A stretch of DNA of 64,000 bases from Prorocentrum cordatum (taxonomy: Eukaryota), in the NCBI GenBank assembly GCA_963575745.1, contig CAUYUJ010000012.1:1-64000 (forward strand), given 5' to 3'. Below the pieces are notes generated by a model, which was given only the letters and a program-made list of their open reading frames with translations, was not told where the DNA came from and did not search any database. Made by a program: the position numbers and the translations under genes. Shown piece after piece: positions 1 to 12,948 of the stretch (its first letter is position 1; every line of letters starts with the position of its first letter).

Positions 1-32
<32 letters not shown>

Positions 33-345
33 GCAGCATCATCAGCATCATCATCGTCATCATCATCATCATCAGCAGCAGCAGCATCATCATCACCATC
101 ATCATCATCATCAGCAGCATCAGCATCAGCATCAGCAGCAGCATCATCATCATCATCAGCAGCATCATCAGCATCAGCATCTTCATCATCATCATCATCA
201 GCAGCAGCAGCAGCAGCATCAGCATCAGCATCATAATCAGCATCACCATCAGCATCAGCATCATCATCATCGTCATCGTCATCGTCATCATCATCATCAT
301 CAGCATCATCATCATCATCAGCATCATCATGAGCATCAGCATCAG

Positions 346-378
<33 letters not shown>

Positions 379-1770
379 AATCCTCAGCATCATCATCAGC
401 AGCAGCATCATCATCAGCATCAGCATCAGCATCAGCATTACCATCGTCGTCATCATCATCACCATCAGCATCAGCATCATCGTCACCATCATCATCCTCG
501 TCGTCATCGTCATCAGCATCATCATCATCAGCATCATCATCAGCATCATTAGCATCATCATCAGCATCATCATCCTCATCCTGATCCTCCTCCTCCTCCT
601 CCTCCTCCTCCTCCTCCTCCTCCTCCTCCTCCGCCTCCTCCTCCTCCTGCGGAAGGTGCCCATGGCCCAGGGTGCCCCCAACTGTTCGCTCCTGGAGCTC
701 CCGGGGGCCCTCTGGACCTCGTGGACGATGCTCTGGAGGCCGCGGGGGCCTCCTCCGAAATCCTGGGGGGCACCTTTGGCCAGGGGCACTTCTAGCAACA
801 CCCGACCAGGGCGGGGGGTCTTGCGCCGACCGCGGGGCCCCGCGCGGACCCTCCCTGCCCGGATGGGCCCCAGGCCCAGCAGGGCGGTGGTGCGTGGCTC
901 CCCCTCTGCGGGCCTGCCTGTGCCCCAGGGCGGCCGCAACGTTTGAGTTCGGGCGTCGCTTACCAGGGAGGGCGACGACTGGGGGGGGGGGAGAGAGAGA
1001 GGTGCACTTCTCGGGCAGGCTCCCTCTGGGGCCCCACAGGGCCCCTCCTCTGCGGCCCTCGCTGCCCCACCAGCCATCGCCCCCCGATGGCGCGACGCCC
1101 CCCGTGGCACCCCCGCGGCCCCTGCTGCCCGCCGCCCTGGGACGCGCGGCCCCGTCAGCGCCGCGCCCCTTTGCCTCCCCTGCTCCGCCCCTCCTCGCCC
1201 GCGGCGGGCCCCTGGGGCTCTGCGCGCGAGACAGCCCCGCGCCCCGCCCCACGAGAGGCAGTCCCGGTGGGTCTCCACGGGCCCCCCCCCCCCTCCTCGT
1301 CCTCCTCCTCCTCCTCCTCCTCCTCCTCCTCCTCCTCCTCCTCCTCCTCCTCCTCCTCCTCCTCCTCCTCCTCCTCCTCCTCTCTCCTCCCCTCCTCCTC
1401 CTCCTCCTCCTCCTCCTCCCTCCTCCTCCTCCTCCTCCTCCTCCTCCTCCTCCCCTCCTCCTCCTCCTCCTCCGCCTCCTCCTCCTCCTCCTCCTCCTCC
1501 TCCTCCTCCTCCTCCTCCTCCTCCTCCTCCTCCTCCTCCTCCTCCTCCTCCTCCTCCTCCTCCTCCTCCTCCTCCTCCTCCTCCTCCTCCTCCTCCTCCT
1601 CCTCCTCCTCCTCCTCCTCCTCCTCCTCCTCCTCCTCCTCCTCCTCCTCGTCTCCTCCTCCTCCTCCTTGCTCTCCTCCTCCTCCTCCTCCTCCTCCTCC
1701 TCCTCCTCTCCTCCTCCTCCTCCTCCTCCTCCTCCTCCTCCTCCTCCCCCTCCTCCTCCTCCTCCTCCAC
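1..1770. repeat. (CAT/CAG)n and (TCC)n microsatellites (1-648 and 1295-1770)
   Basis: Direct reading. Confidence 0.95.
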
Positions 1771-2809
1771 CTCTCCCCCGAGCGGCCCGGGGCGGACTCG
1801 GCACCCCTGGCAGGCTCCTGGGGTCCCCAGGGCACCCCCCAGGCCTGGCCACCTCTGGGAGGAAAAGAGCACGGTGGCCATGACCAAGACTGAACGATGA
1901 AAGGTCGGCGTCGACCTTGGTCATCGCCCTCTGCGACCCTGGTCAATGTGCGGATCATCTTCGCAAGTCGGCGACGGCCAGCATGGGCCAGGACCAGGGG
2001 CGGCGCCGAGAAGAACCCGCGACCACTGGGTCGAGGTCGTCGTGATTCTTCCCTCGAGCCTCGCCCCGTCCAAGCCTCACTGACGAACACGGTTCAAGCA
2101 CCCCTGCGCACTCCTGGGCCCCCCCCCAGGCAGCCCCAGGCCTGGCCATGCCGTCGGGCCGCATCGGAAGGATGCGCTACAAGGATGCCAGGGCCTTGGA
2201 CGCCCAGGCCCATTTCGAAGCTTCTCGAGCGGGGCCTGGACAGCGAGAGTGGCCAAGGATGGGCCGAGGAGGCAAGGCTGGGATGCCCATCCTTCCTACG
2301 CGGGCTGACTGTACGGCCATCGTGCTGCCGCGAGGAACGTCAGCTTTCGGGAACGAGGTTGACCAGGGACCGACCGTCCTGGCATTCCTATCGTCCTACC
2401 ACGAAATACTCTCAGAACCCAGACATGTTCCAAGAGCAAAAACAGTGTCCTTAGAACACAAACCCGATGTGTCAAAACAGGCCAGGCTCCGCCAGAAATG
2501 CTCTCTAAGAGCACCCCGTGGAAACCTCAACAGGCTCTGAGAACAGTGCCTGGCAGGGCTATGGGCGAGCCTCGGGACGCCTCGCCACTGCTTGACGAAG
2601 GGGGGCGCCTTCCTGGCCCCGGCGAGCCCCGGCCACGCGCCGGCCCCCCGACCCGGCGAGGTGGCGCGGCGACCCTGCGCGGTGGCTTGCGCGGGCCGCC
2701 CGCGGGGCACGCCACACTTGCAGCGAGGGCGCTCGCGCGCGACCCCGCGCGGGCAGCTCGCGCGCCAGTGTCAGCACGGACGACCCCGTGTTTGGGGGGC
2801 TGCCCTTAT

Positions 2810-2988
2810 GTCGGGCGTATCCCCCTCTACAGGGGGATCTTCGACGAAAAATGAAACATGCCCCAAACATAATCAAAAAATTGTCCAAAAATAGTCTGGG
2901 GACTATCTTTTGAATATTGGTTGACCTCAAGTTTGGGGTATCTTGTAATTTTCCATCGAAAATCCCCCTGTGGGGGGACGCGCCCGAC
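2810..2988. mobile_element. MITE with about 40-bp imperfect TIR and TTAT/TTAA flanks
   Basis: GTCGGGCGTATCCCCC...CAGGGGGAT versus ATCCCCCTGT...GGGGACGCGCCCGAC. Related partial copies at about 10970-11045 and 58690-58770. Confidence 0.65.
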
Positions 2989-3021
2989 TTAAGATCTAAG
3001 GCTGCATCGCCCTGCCGGGGC

Positions 3022-3156
3022 CTGACCGACGAACACGGCGATGATGTCCAGGAGCGAGACGGCCAGCTCCTCCAGCCTGGCCCGCGCGGCCGGCGCCGCC
3101 TCCAGCGAGCCGACGGCGCAGCGCAGCGTCCTCATCACGCCCGCCAGGTGCCCCGC
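3022..3156 (-). CDS. Exon of USO1/p115-like gene (AGHLAGVMRTLRCAVGSLEAAPAARARLEELAVSLLDIIAVFVGQ)
   Basis: AG|GCG acceptor, CAG|GC donor, 135 nt, GC3-rich codons, amphipathic-helix pattern. The gene probably continues leftwards. Confidence 0.62.
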
Positions 3157-3347
3157 CTCTTGGGGACCCCGACCTTCCTCCTCCTCCTCCTCCTCCTCCT
3201 CCTCCTCCTCCTCCTCCTCCTCCTCCTCCTCCTCCTCCTCTTCCTCTCTCCTCCTCCTCCTCCTCCTCCTCCTCCTCCTCCTCCTCCCTCCTCCCCTCCC
3301 ATCCCCATCCACCACCACCACCACCACCACCACCACCACCACCACCG

Positions 3348-3681
3348 TGGACGCCCGAAATGGGTACGGAAAGAACGGGTACAAGGCCCAACAGCAGCTC
3401 CTGTCCATTCTGAGCAGTCGGTGTCGCCGCGGCCTGTGTCCGTTTGAGACAGAAGGCCGCCTGCCCAACAGCGGCCGCTGGTAGGGAGCCCACAAAAGGA
3501 CGTACGCGCCCAGCTATGTACATGAACACGGCCCCTCGATCTGCGAGACCGGCCGCGTGATACGAACGTTCGGGCAATGCGTACTCTCGAAACCAGCGTT
3601 GGGCTCCTAGGCTGTTGGTTTGGGGCAACATTTGGTGTTGGGCAGCGAACCCATTCTTTCCGTGCCCATTTCGGGCGTCCA
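3348..3681. mobile_element. MITE with about 32-bp TIR inserted in a (CCA)n tract
   Basis: GGACGCCCGAAATGGGTACGGAAAGAACGGGT and its inverse with 2 mismatches; CCA repeats on both sides. Confidence 0.8.
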
Positions 3682-3790
3682 AAACCACCACCACCACCAC
3701 CACCGCCGCCGCCGCGGCACAGCAAGACGCCAACTGCCCAAACCTCCGACGATCTGGTGCTCGGGGGAGCGCGGTCTGCAGCCTCCTGGC

Positions 3791-4126
3791 TGAGCCCCCC
3801 CCCCTTCTCCAGGAAGCCGGGGAGGGCGGGGGCGGGGGAAAAAAGTCCCTGGATGCTCATTCCGGGGGCCTTCCTGGAGACACTGGCTCCACTCTTGCGT
3901 CGAAGCTGCGTCGAAAAAGTCCGTCGGTTTGAGTCGACCCTGAGTCGAACCTGTGTCGACCTTGAGTCGAACTCGAGTCGAGTTTGAGCCGAACCTGAGT
4001 CGAACTGGGGTCGAACTGGGGTCGGACAGATCCGTTAGGTGGGTCCCAAAAAGGTCCCCAAAACGAGAATCTAAAAAATCGTCCTCACCCCCCTCCCCGG
4101 GAACCGCGGGGGAGGGGAGGGCTCGA
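3791..4126. mobile_element. Imperfect foldback element with internal GAGTCGAAC repeats
   Basis: GC-rich inverted ends; the interior is repeated in diverged form at about 6590-6730. Confidence 0.5.
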
Positions 4127-4199
4127 GCCGGCTTCAATCGAATCCTGCCACACGAAGGCTGGGCCCAACACCTGATCTTAATCCTACGAAGGCTCGGTG

Positions 4200-4850
4200 A
4201 ACCTCTAAGTTGAAACCCCTACGATTGCTTGATCCGGCTCTAACAGAAGCCGACTAGTGCTGGATCCAGCTCTAATGAAAATCCGACAAAGGCTCGATCC
4301 AGCTCTAAGCGAATCCTGCTACCAGGGCTGGATCCAGATCCAATCAAGTCCTAGAGTTGGATCCAGCTCAAATAGAATCCCACTAGGCTGGATCCAGCTC
4401 TAATAGAATCCCACGAGGGCTGGATTAAGCTCTCATATAATCCTACACGGGCTAGACCCAGCTCTAATAAAATCCGACTGGGGCTGGTGGATCCAGCCCA
4501 AGTGGGATCCTACAAAAGCACGATCCAGCTCTGATCGAATCCTGCTACCAGGGCTGGATCCAGGTCTACTGAAATCCTACTAGGGCACTATGGCACGATC
4601 CAACTTGAAAAAAAACGAATATGGGCTGGATCCAACTCGAATAGGATCGCACGAGTCCCCGAATCACTTCTAATAGGATCCGGTTTGGGTCTGGATGCAG
4701 TTCTACTAGAACCTCAGTCGGGCTCGACCCAGTCTTACTGCTACCCTACTACAGCCCGACTCAGCATTCATAGAATCAATCCTACAACGGCCGAGTCCAG
4801 CTCTACTACAATCCCACTAGGGCTGGATCCAGCTGCACTGGAATCTTCCC
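4200..4850. repeat. Degenerate tandem repeat of about 29-31 bp with palindromic core GCTGGATCCAGC
   Basis: Recurrent GGCTGGATCCAGCTCTAATAGAATCC. Confidence 0.75.
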
Positions 4851-5248
4851 CGCTCCCCCCACCCACCCCAACCAATGTCTGAACAGGATGGGGAGCCCTC
4901 TCAACCCCGCCCCCTCCCCACGGTTCGGAGTGGGAGACTGTTTCACCATCCCCCCACCCCCCGCCCCCCAGGTTCGAACCGGGGGCGGCTGACGTTTTCA
5001 ATCCGACCTGGGACTCTCAAAAATACATCCAGGAAGACTACCCCTGGGGAAGCGGTTGGGACCACTGGGGCTGTGCTTCTCTTTTCGACACACACACACA
5101 AACAAACAAACAAACAAACAAACAAAGAAACAAACAAACAAACAAAACAAAAGTCGGATGCCGAGGTATGCGCTTGCACCGATCCTGGTCGGGCCCATCC
5201 TGGGCCAAAGATCGGCGTGCACGCCCTCCTGGCCCGGGCAGGCAGAGG

Positions 5249-5287
<39 letters not shown>

Positions 5288-5839
5288 CGACCCTGGGGCC
5301 CAGGAGCGGCCTGGCCCTAGGTGGCGCCCTCCGACTGAAACGTCGACGCATGGCCACAAAAGGCGAGGGTCTCCTCCTCCTCCTCCTCCTCCTCCTCCTC
5401 CTCCTCCTCCTCCTCCTCCTCCTGTCTCATCCTCCCTCCTCCTCCTCCTCTCTCCTCCTCCTCCTCCCTCTATCCTCCTCCTCCTCCTCATCCTCCTCCT
5501 CCTCCTCCTTCCTCCTCCTCCTCCTCCTCCTCCTCCTCCTCCTCCTCCTCCTCCTCCTCCTCCTCCGCCTCTCTCCTCCTCCTCCTCCTCCTCCTCCTCC
5601 TCCTCCTCCTCCTCCTCCTCCTCCTGCTCCTCCTCCCCCTCCGCAGGGGCACGGTGTCGTATCCTGGCACCGGCGCTACCTCAAGCGGAGGGCACACTGT
5701 TAGGGAATTGGCCCAAGTTTGCGGAGACAAGCAGGCGGCCGTTGTTTTGCGTGGTGGAGGGTTCGACCCCCTCTCATCACGATGGTTTCTTACAGTCAGG
5801 TGTGGCACATGTTTGCCCTCCTGGGTCTGCGTAGCCGGC

Positions 5840-5945
5840 CCGCAGGATCAGGGTCGGCGCAGCGGGGTCCGCGGAATCAGGACCTGTGTCGTCTCCAGAG
5901 GCGAGGATTTCGATTATTCGCAGCATCACCGGAGCGGCACATCGC
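5840..5945 (-). CDS. Probable exon of USO1/p115-like gene (RCAAPVMLRIIEILASGDDTGPDSADPAAPTLILR)
   Basis: ttgAG|G acceptor and CGG|GC donor. It bridges the phase between the 7.6-kb and 3.1-kb exons. Confidence 0.5.
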
Positions 5946-6243
5946 CTCAAGGAAGGCGGCCGCGAGTGGGCCAGGCGACTTGCCCTTGTCCCGTTCCGTC
6001 GCACTTATTTGCCTAAGTACTCCCTTCGGGGATGCGACTTTCGTTGTCGCTCATGCACAGTTCCCACAGTTCCTCCTGCTCCTCCTCCTGCTCCTCCTCC
6101 TGCTCCGCCTCCTCCTCCTCCTCCTCCTCCTCCTCATCCGCCTCCTCCTCCTCCTCCTCCTCCTCCTCCTCCTCCTCCTCCTCCTCCTCCTCCTCCTCCT
6201 ACCGGGGACGTGAGCCCCTTCTGGCGGTGCGCACAAGAATGTA

Positions 6244-6368
6244 GGGGGAGGGGGGAAGGTTTCTTAGAAGGAGCCTACTTCTAAGAAGGCGCCGGCTATA
6301 GATCTCTAGGCAAGGCCCGCACCTTCTAAGAAGCACGGGTGCTTCTGAGAAGGCTTCCCCCCTTCCCC
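6244..6368. mobile_element. Short foldback element (CTTCT.AGAAG motifs)
   Basis: GGGGAGGGGGGAAGGTTTCTTAGAAG pairs with CTTCTGAGAAGGCTTCCCCCCTTCCCC; related motif at about 35635-35670. Confidence 0.55.
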
Positions 6369-7374
6369 AACCCCCCTCTGCGCGTGGCCGACTCTTCACA
6401 AGAGGCCGAATCCTCCACGAAGACTGCCAGTGGAGGTCTTCCAAACGGGATCTGGGCAGATGGGGTCGGAGGATCGCGCCGCATCGCCAATGCATCCCTA
6501 ATATATCGGCGATGCATCGGCGACGTCGGCGTGGAGAAAAATCGGGATCCACATCGAGCCGCATCGCCAATGTATCTACGCTAGATGTTCCTTCTGGGGA
6601 CCTTCCTGGAGCCACTCGCTCCACTCATGCGTCGATGCTGCGGTGAACCATCCAGCGCCTTGAGTCGAACTGGAGCCGAGCTAGAAGCGAACAGATCCAT
6701 TCGGTGGGCCCCGGGAAGGCCCCCAAGACTAACACCTATGACATCCGCCTCTTGCCCAAAGAAGCGGTGGTGGACCATCGGGCCACGGGGGAAACTCGAA
6801 GTTACCGACACCCCTACTCCCTGGGCCTCTCCCTGGGCGCATTCTGACTGGAACCTCGAGGCGAATCTGGCCGTGGCGACGAGGGCCTCCCGGGAGGCCT
6901 GAGTATCGTTTAACCGATCCCCATCCCCAGCGGCGTGGCCTGGGCCCCACTGGCCGATTTACACCCCTGGGTGGGGATGTAGGTCGTTCCCTTCGGGTTT
7001 CGAGGGGTGTATCCCCAACTGGGGTGGTAATTTGGTGGGGGCCTCGAAGGGGATGGGGACGGGGATGGGGATCGGTCAGACGACACCGAAGGCCGGCAAC
7101 AAGGCGAAGACGAGGCCAAGGGCAGCGGCAGCGGCACCCCTGTCCTCCCCGGAGAGGGCCACGCGCCTCGCGCATGTACTTCCGGGCGACCGCGTCGTGG
7201 TCCGCGAGCTGCCTCGGGGGCGCCCCCGGAGAGGGAGGCGTCCAAGAGAGAGGCTCACTGCTCGTGGCCCGCGGCATGTGCACGGCCCAGGGGAGCCAAG
7301 GGGCACAGGAAAGAAGAAGAGGCGACAGGAAGTCGGGGAAGAGATCATGTCCCCGGTCATGGTACCCACCATGA

Positions 7375-7570
7375 TTGACCAAAACAGGGCCCCTAACCCT
7401 TCGGTAGGGGACCTAAGTTGGGCGGGACACTAGGGATAAGGGGGTCTTTTTTGCCAGCGTATCGAGCCCAACCGCCCAAAATGTCCATCCCGACTGCGAA
7501 CAATGGGGACCTCGGCGAGGCCACGTCTTCCTCGTGTTAGTAGGGTTGGGGGTTCTGTTGTGCTCAATGA
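7375..7570. repeat. Interspersed repeat, second copy at about 8310-8510
   Basis: Shared CCTAACCCTT, GGGGACCTAAGTT, AACCGCCCAAA and GGGGACCTC in the same order; the two copies flank the 7.6-kb exon. Confidence 0.65.
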
Positions 7571-7594
7571 CACCACCCCCTGTTCATCACCCCC

Positions 7595-7725
7595 CTCTTG
7601 GCCGCCCCCGACTGCCGCACGCAGGCGCAGGCGTCCGCCGCGATCCGGAAGAAGGCGTCGCAGGCCGCGCAGGCGGGCGCGCCCAGGGCCTGCGCGACGA
7701 TGGCCAGCAGGGCCTCGACGCCGTC
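7595..7725 (-). CDS. Exon of USO1/p115-like gene (DGVEALLAIVAQALGAPACAACDAFFRIAADACACVRQSGAAK)
   Basis: gccAG|GAC acceptor. The 3' boundary is uncertain: AG|GG at 7595 keeps frame with the next exon, whereas the GT donor after 7591 does not. Confidence 0.68.
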
Positions 7726-8951
7726 CTGGCAGCAAGGCTTTTCGCGGGGAGTGGGCCGGGCCAGCCTCCTCCTCCTCCTCATCCTTATCTCCGCCTTATC
7801 CTCCTCCTCCTCCTGCTCCTCCTCCTCCTCCTCCTCCTCCTCCTCCTCCTCCTCCTCCTCCCCCTCCTCCTCCTCCTCGCCCTCCTGGTCGTCGTCGATG
7901 TCTGTCAGGGTCGGCGGCGCTGGCCGTCAGGCCTTCACAATCGGACCGAATCGAGATGGCGGGTTCGGGAAAACGCTGAACCAAAACCTGTTGCCGTCTC
8001 TCGGGCAGGGTCAGGGACGCACTGGCCCGGGTCGACGCAGGCTCGGGTCGGTCAGGCCTTGCAGGATTCTGCATGATGCTGCAGGATCCTGGAGAAGGCC
8101 CTGCGCCCTGCCCTGGGTCAGTGCGCCCCTGGCCCTGCAGGATCCTGCAAGATCGGGGGCCCTGGCTGACCCCCGTTTGCATTGACCCCCGTCCCCTGAG
8201 CCCCGATAGGGCCGTCGGATCGGGCTGCATCGGGGCGGAGTCGGGATCGAATCCGATCGGCTGCGCCAGGATGCACAACAGCGCCATGCAAACATCGGGT
8301 CGCATCTGATTGACCAGAAAAGGTCTCCTAACCCTTTCAGGAGGGGACCTAAGTTAGGAGTGCCAGGAACATCACGGATAGGGGGTATTGCCTGCAGATG
8401 TACCAAGCCAAACCGCCCAAATGTATGATCCCGAATGTGAAGACGGGGACCTCAGTGAGGCCGCGTCTTCATCGTGTCATTCGGGTTAGGGGTCCTTTTG
8501 TTCTCAATGAGCATCAGGTCGTCGGAGAATAGGAATCGAATCGGACCGGGCCAGCCAAAACCCAAATCGAAACGGATCGCTCGGATCGAAAAATGGACCC
8601 GTGAGGAGGAGGAGTGCGGAGCGCGGCCATCCCTGCTCGACGCCACGATGCCGCAGCAGCAGTGCGAAGCGAGAGGTCGCCAAGCGAGTCAGGAGTGCAC
8701 GAATCGAGAAGACCTGAATCCCACCAGCCCCCTGGGCGTCGGTGGTTTAGAGCTTTTTCTCTTCCACTCCTCCTTCCTCCCCTTTCGGGGAGGGGTCTAC
8801 CCCATCCCCCTACCCCCTCCCCTGGACCTGGACTGGGGGGTTCGCGAGTCGTCGGAGCGTCCAAAACGGCCTCGGCGAGGAAGCCACAATCATTGGTTTT
8901 ACTAAGATTGTGGCTCCACTATGGCCTCCTGATGGGGGGACTGTAACCTAC

Positions 8952-9430
8952 CCTAGCTTAGCTTAGCTGAGCTCATTTCATATTAGCTTAGTTTAGCTTA
9001 GCCGAGCTGAGCTGAGCTTAGCTTTGCCTAGCCTAGCTCAGCTTAGTTTAGCTGAGTTTAGTTTATCATATACTACCTTAGCTTAGCTTAGCTTAGTTTA
9101 GCTTAGCTTGGCTTAGCCTAGTTGAGCTTAGACTAGCCTAGCTTAGCTTAGTTTAGCTTAGACCCGCATAGCTTAGCTTAGCTTAGTTTAGCTTAGCGCA
9201 GCGCAGCGTGGCATAGCGCAGCATTGGAACAGCATAGCATTGCATAGCATAGCATAGCATAGCTCCGCATGGCATAGCATAGCATAGCTCCGCATAGCAT
9301 AGCATAGCACATCATAGCTTCTGCTTAGCTTTAGCTTAGCTCTAGCTTAGTGTTAGCGTAGCATTAAGTTCGTTTCATATCAGCTTTAGCTTAGTGTTAG
9401 CTTAACTTCAGCTTAGCTTCAGCTTAGCTT
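8952..9430. repeat. (TTAGC)n/(ATAGC)n pentanucleotide microsatellite
   Basis: Direct reading. Confidence 0.9.
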
Positions 9431-10536
9431 CGCTGCTACTACTAATGCTGCTTTCCTAGGGGCCCCAACTCCTATGTAGGGTCGCACTGGGATAATTATA
9501 TTACCAGCCGCAGGCGAGCGCGCCGACGGCGTGTCAAGGTCCGAGCGGGCCGCGCGAGGGCCTGAATTACCTAGCACAAAACAGGCCTGCCGCCGCAACT
9601 TTGGCCGAGACCTGGAGGTGGCCGAGGGGAAAGAAGCAGGGGCTGGTGGGGATACTTTTTGGTCGCGGCCGCGGGCGAAAGCGCACGGCGTGTCGTAAGT
9701 CCGGGGCGCGGGCCTACTAATTGACAACAGCAAACTAGAGCCGCCAACCTAAACTGCCTAAGCGGACTAAGGTGCGCCTCGCGTGAGCTGCAAGCTGCGC
9801 TGAGTGTGGATACCGAGGCCAGGAGGCTGGTGGGGATACTTTTTTGGTTGGCGGCTCCCTGGCGAAGGTCAAGAAGCGGGGCAACGAACGGGGCGCGAAA
9901 CGAAGATAATTGGCCGCAGTGGCGTATGCACATGCAAGGGACAAAATGACCCTCATTAAGACGCCAGCGGCGTCGGCAGGTGACCGGCACAGACATCCCA
10001 GCAGATGGGGACGCCAGAGGCGCGGCGACCGGCGGCGGAACGGGAAGGAGAAGTCGCCCTTACGGCGCCAAGCTCCAGCCGAACCACATACGGAGGCGGG
10101 GCCAAGACGGAGAAAAGAGAGGGCGGAGAGAGCGAGCGCGAGCGACTAGAATTTCGGGTTGGGGGGGGGACGGGTTCCATATGCGTTTTTCAATATTCCC
10201 GACCCCCCACACACTGGAAATGGAGGGTAAATTGAAGCCTGCGGGTTGTGTTGGGGTGGCTTGGTGGTGGGTGGTGACGACCTGCGATGGGCAAGCTCAC
10301 GCAGCACCCGTGGCCGATGAGAACACGAGCGCGCTGCCAACAAGTAGCACCACTCTGGCTGGCCACGCCACCTTATCGCGACGACGCGTCGGCGCTGGCT
10401 TCTGGCACCGCGTGGGACCGTTCAGCCTTGAGCGCTCGCGGCTTGTTCGATACCGCACGCATCGTTTTCGGCCGATTCCGGACCACTGGCATGTGTAGAC
10501 CCTCGTCGTCGAGGTCGTCGCCGTCGTCGTGTTTGT

Positions 10537-10568
<32 letters not shown>

Positions 10569-11602
10569 ACGTGTTTGTCGCCGACGCCGTCGTCGTCGCC
10601 GCCGACCGGAGGGGCGAGGCTTGAGCGCCTCGCCAACAGGGGCAGGGGGCCTCTGGAGACCGCCCGGCCGAGAGCCGGGACGTGGAGAGGCAGCGCGGTC
10701 GAGGCGAACGCCTCCCCGTGCGGCACCCCAGAGGATGCAGAGCAGAGGCGGCGCGGCACCCGACGCTCACCGTGCTGCCTGTCGGCCTGCCCTTGTCACC
10801 GAGAGGCCTGTGACTCTGCGGCGCGGGCGGTGAGGCAGCTGCCGGGAGCCACGGCCACCTCGCCGAGGGAAGAAGAACAAGAGCGGCGGCGTAGCCTGAG
10901 GCCGGGCATGTCCTCCTTCAGGCGGCCTTTGGAAGAAACATTAAACCGAAGATTAGCCAACAAGAATGAAAAGTAGTCGAAAAATCGTCCCCATAATATG
11001 TTTGACCATTTTTGAACATTCCTCCTGCAGAGGGACATGCTCGACTGAAGCGTAGCCGCGCTAAGATCAGCCTCCGAATCCTGGCGGGTTGAGGCGTGCT
11101 AGAACTTCAGGAAAGGCTGCCCGGTAGACTGTGAGTCTTCCAAGGGTAGACCACCACCCCGCACGACACGACTGCTTGCGTGCACCAGCCCTCTCAAGTG
11201 AGGCTTCCTGGACGGCCCGACAACTCCCTGGTGCCTTCCAACTCTCTCGAAGGCTTCTACAACGGCCTGGAACGGTCACGAAGACTGCCAAGATGGCTTC
11301 ACATTGCCTCAAGGCACGTCCTCAACAACTTCTACGACTGTCACTACTAGCACTACCACTACCCTGGATCATCGTCTTCGTTATTAGCATCCTCATCATC
11401 CGTTCCACCTCAGCCCTCCTCCTCCTCCTCCTCCTCCTCTTCCGCTTCCTCCTCCTCCTCCTCCTCCTCATGTTCCTCATCATGATTGCCGTTATCACCT
11501 ACAGCATGATCACCCTCACCACAACACCATCCTCAGCGTCCCCATCATCATCCTCGCCATCATGAGCATAGCCATGCATTCAAGCAGTTGTTCGTTCTCT
11601 TA

Positions 11603-11796
11603 GAAGAAGAAAGGACGGCATAAACATAACTGTTGGCGCTCCACGCGGATATCTTGGATCCGCGCTGGACACTCCTCCCTGGCGCGCGGAGCGCGCCAGG
11701 GGCGGCGCCGGAAACGCCGCCAAAAGGGCCCAGCGCGGATTCAAGAGATCCGCGCGGAGCGCCACAAGTTTATGTTTATGGCGTTTCTCCTTCTTC
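11603..11796. mobile_element. Foldback element with about 65-bp arms and two internal hairpins
   Basis: TGGCGCTCCACGCGGATATCTTGGATCCGCGCTGG pairs with its inverse (3 mismatches in 35); the outer CATAAACATAA/TTATGTTTATG also pair. Confidence 0.7.
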
Positions 11797-11840
11797 GAAT
11801 GCATTCGATCAGTCGTTCGTTCTCCTGGACGGGAGGCGTC

Positions 11841-11942
11841 CTGGAAGGTGACGATCATCCGCACGTCGCCGTGCTCCCGGGTGACCAGCCGCAGGAAGTG
11901 CACGCACTCGGAGCACAGAGCGGCGAAGCCCTGGATGGCGTC
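11841..11942 (-). CDS. Exon of USO1/p115-like gene (DAIQGFAALCSECVHFLRLVTREHGDVRMIVTFQ)
   Basis: acAG|GAC acceptor, CAG|GA donor, 102 nt. Joined to the next exon it gives FLRLVTREHGDVRMIVTFQDGVEALLAIV, like the p115 signature LLxxLTRxNxxIQKIVAFENAFERLLDII. Confidence 0.75.
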
Positions 11943-11959
11943 CTGTTCGGTAGGGACCC

Positions 11960-12068
11960 TACGCCTCCTCCTCCTCCGCATCCGCCTCCTCCTCCTCCTC
12001 CTCCTCCTCTGCCTCCTCCTCCGCATCCCCATCCTCATCCGCCTCCTCGTACTCATCCTAATCATCCT

Positions 12069-12156
<88 letters not shown>

Positions 12157-12406
12157 GGCATCAGCATCAGCATCAGCATCAGCATCATTAGCATCAGCAT
12201 CATCATCCATTCATCCATTCATCCATTCATCCATTCATCCATCATCCATCAGCAGCAGCATCAACATCATCAGCATCAGCATCATCATCATCATCATCAT
12301 CATCATCAGCAGCATCAGCATCATCAGCATCATCATCAAAATCAGTATCATGATCATCATCAGTATCATCATCAGCAACAGCAGCAGCATCATCATCATC
12401 ATCATC

Positions 12407-12444
<38 letters not shown>

Positions 12445-12948
12445 TATCATCATCACCATCATCATTTTCATCATCATCAGTATCACCCTCATCACCACCA
12501 TCAGCATCAACATTATCAGCATCATCAGCATCATCATAGTCAGCATCATCATCATCATCATCACCATCATTATCGTCAGCAGCATCATAAGCATCATCAT
12601 CATCGAAAGCATCAAGATCCGCATCATCGCCATCATCAGCAGCAGCAGCATCATCATCATCATAATCGTCGTCATTATCATCACCACCACCATCATCACA
12701 ATCATCATCATCAGCAGCAACATCAGGGTCGTCATCATTAGAATCATCATCATTAGCATCATCATCGTCGGCGCTATCATCATCCCATTCAGAATCATCA
12801 GCAGCATCATCATCAGCCGCAGCAGTATCATCATCATCATCGTCACCATCATCAGCATCATCAGCAGCATCATCACCAGCTGCAGCAGCAGCAACAGCAG
12901 CATCATCATCATCATCATCACCACCACCATCATCAGCAGCAGAATCAT
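11960..12948. repeat. (TCC)n/(CAT)n compound microsatellite filling almost an entire intron
   Basis: Lies between exons 12961-13065 and 11841-11942. Confidence 0.95.

Noticed and set aside
4200..4850. Palindromic periodic repeat as a CRISPR array
   Set aside because: Head-to-tail tandem units without unique spacers.
5703..5781. tRNA gene (T-arm GAGGG-TTCGACC-CCCTC)
   Set aside because: No acceptor stem or anticodon arm could be formed; at most a tRNA-derived fragment.
8952..9430. Telomeric repeat
   Set aside because: The unit is TTAGC/ATAGC, not a TTTAGGG-type repeat.
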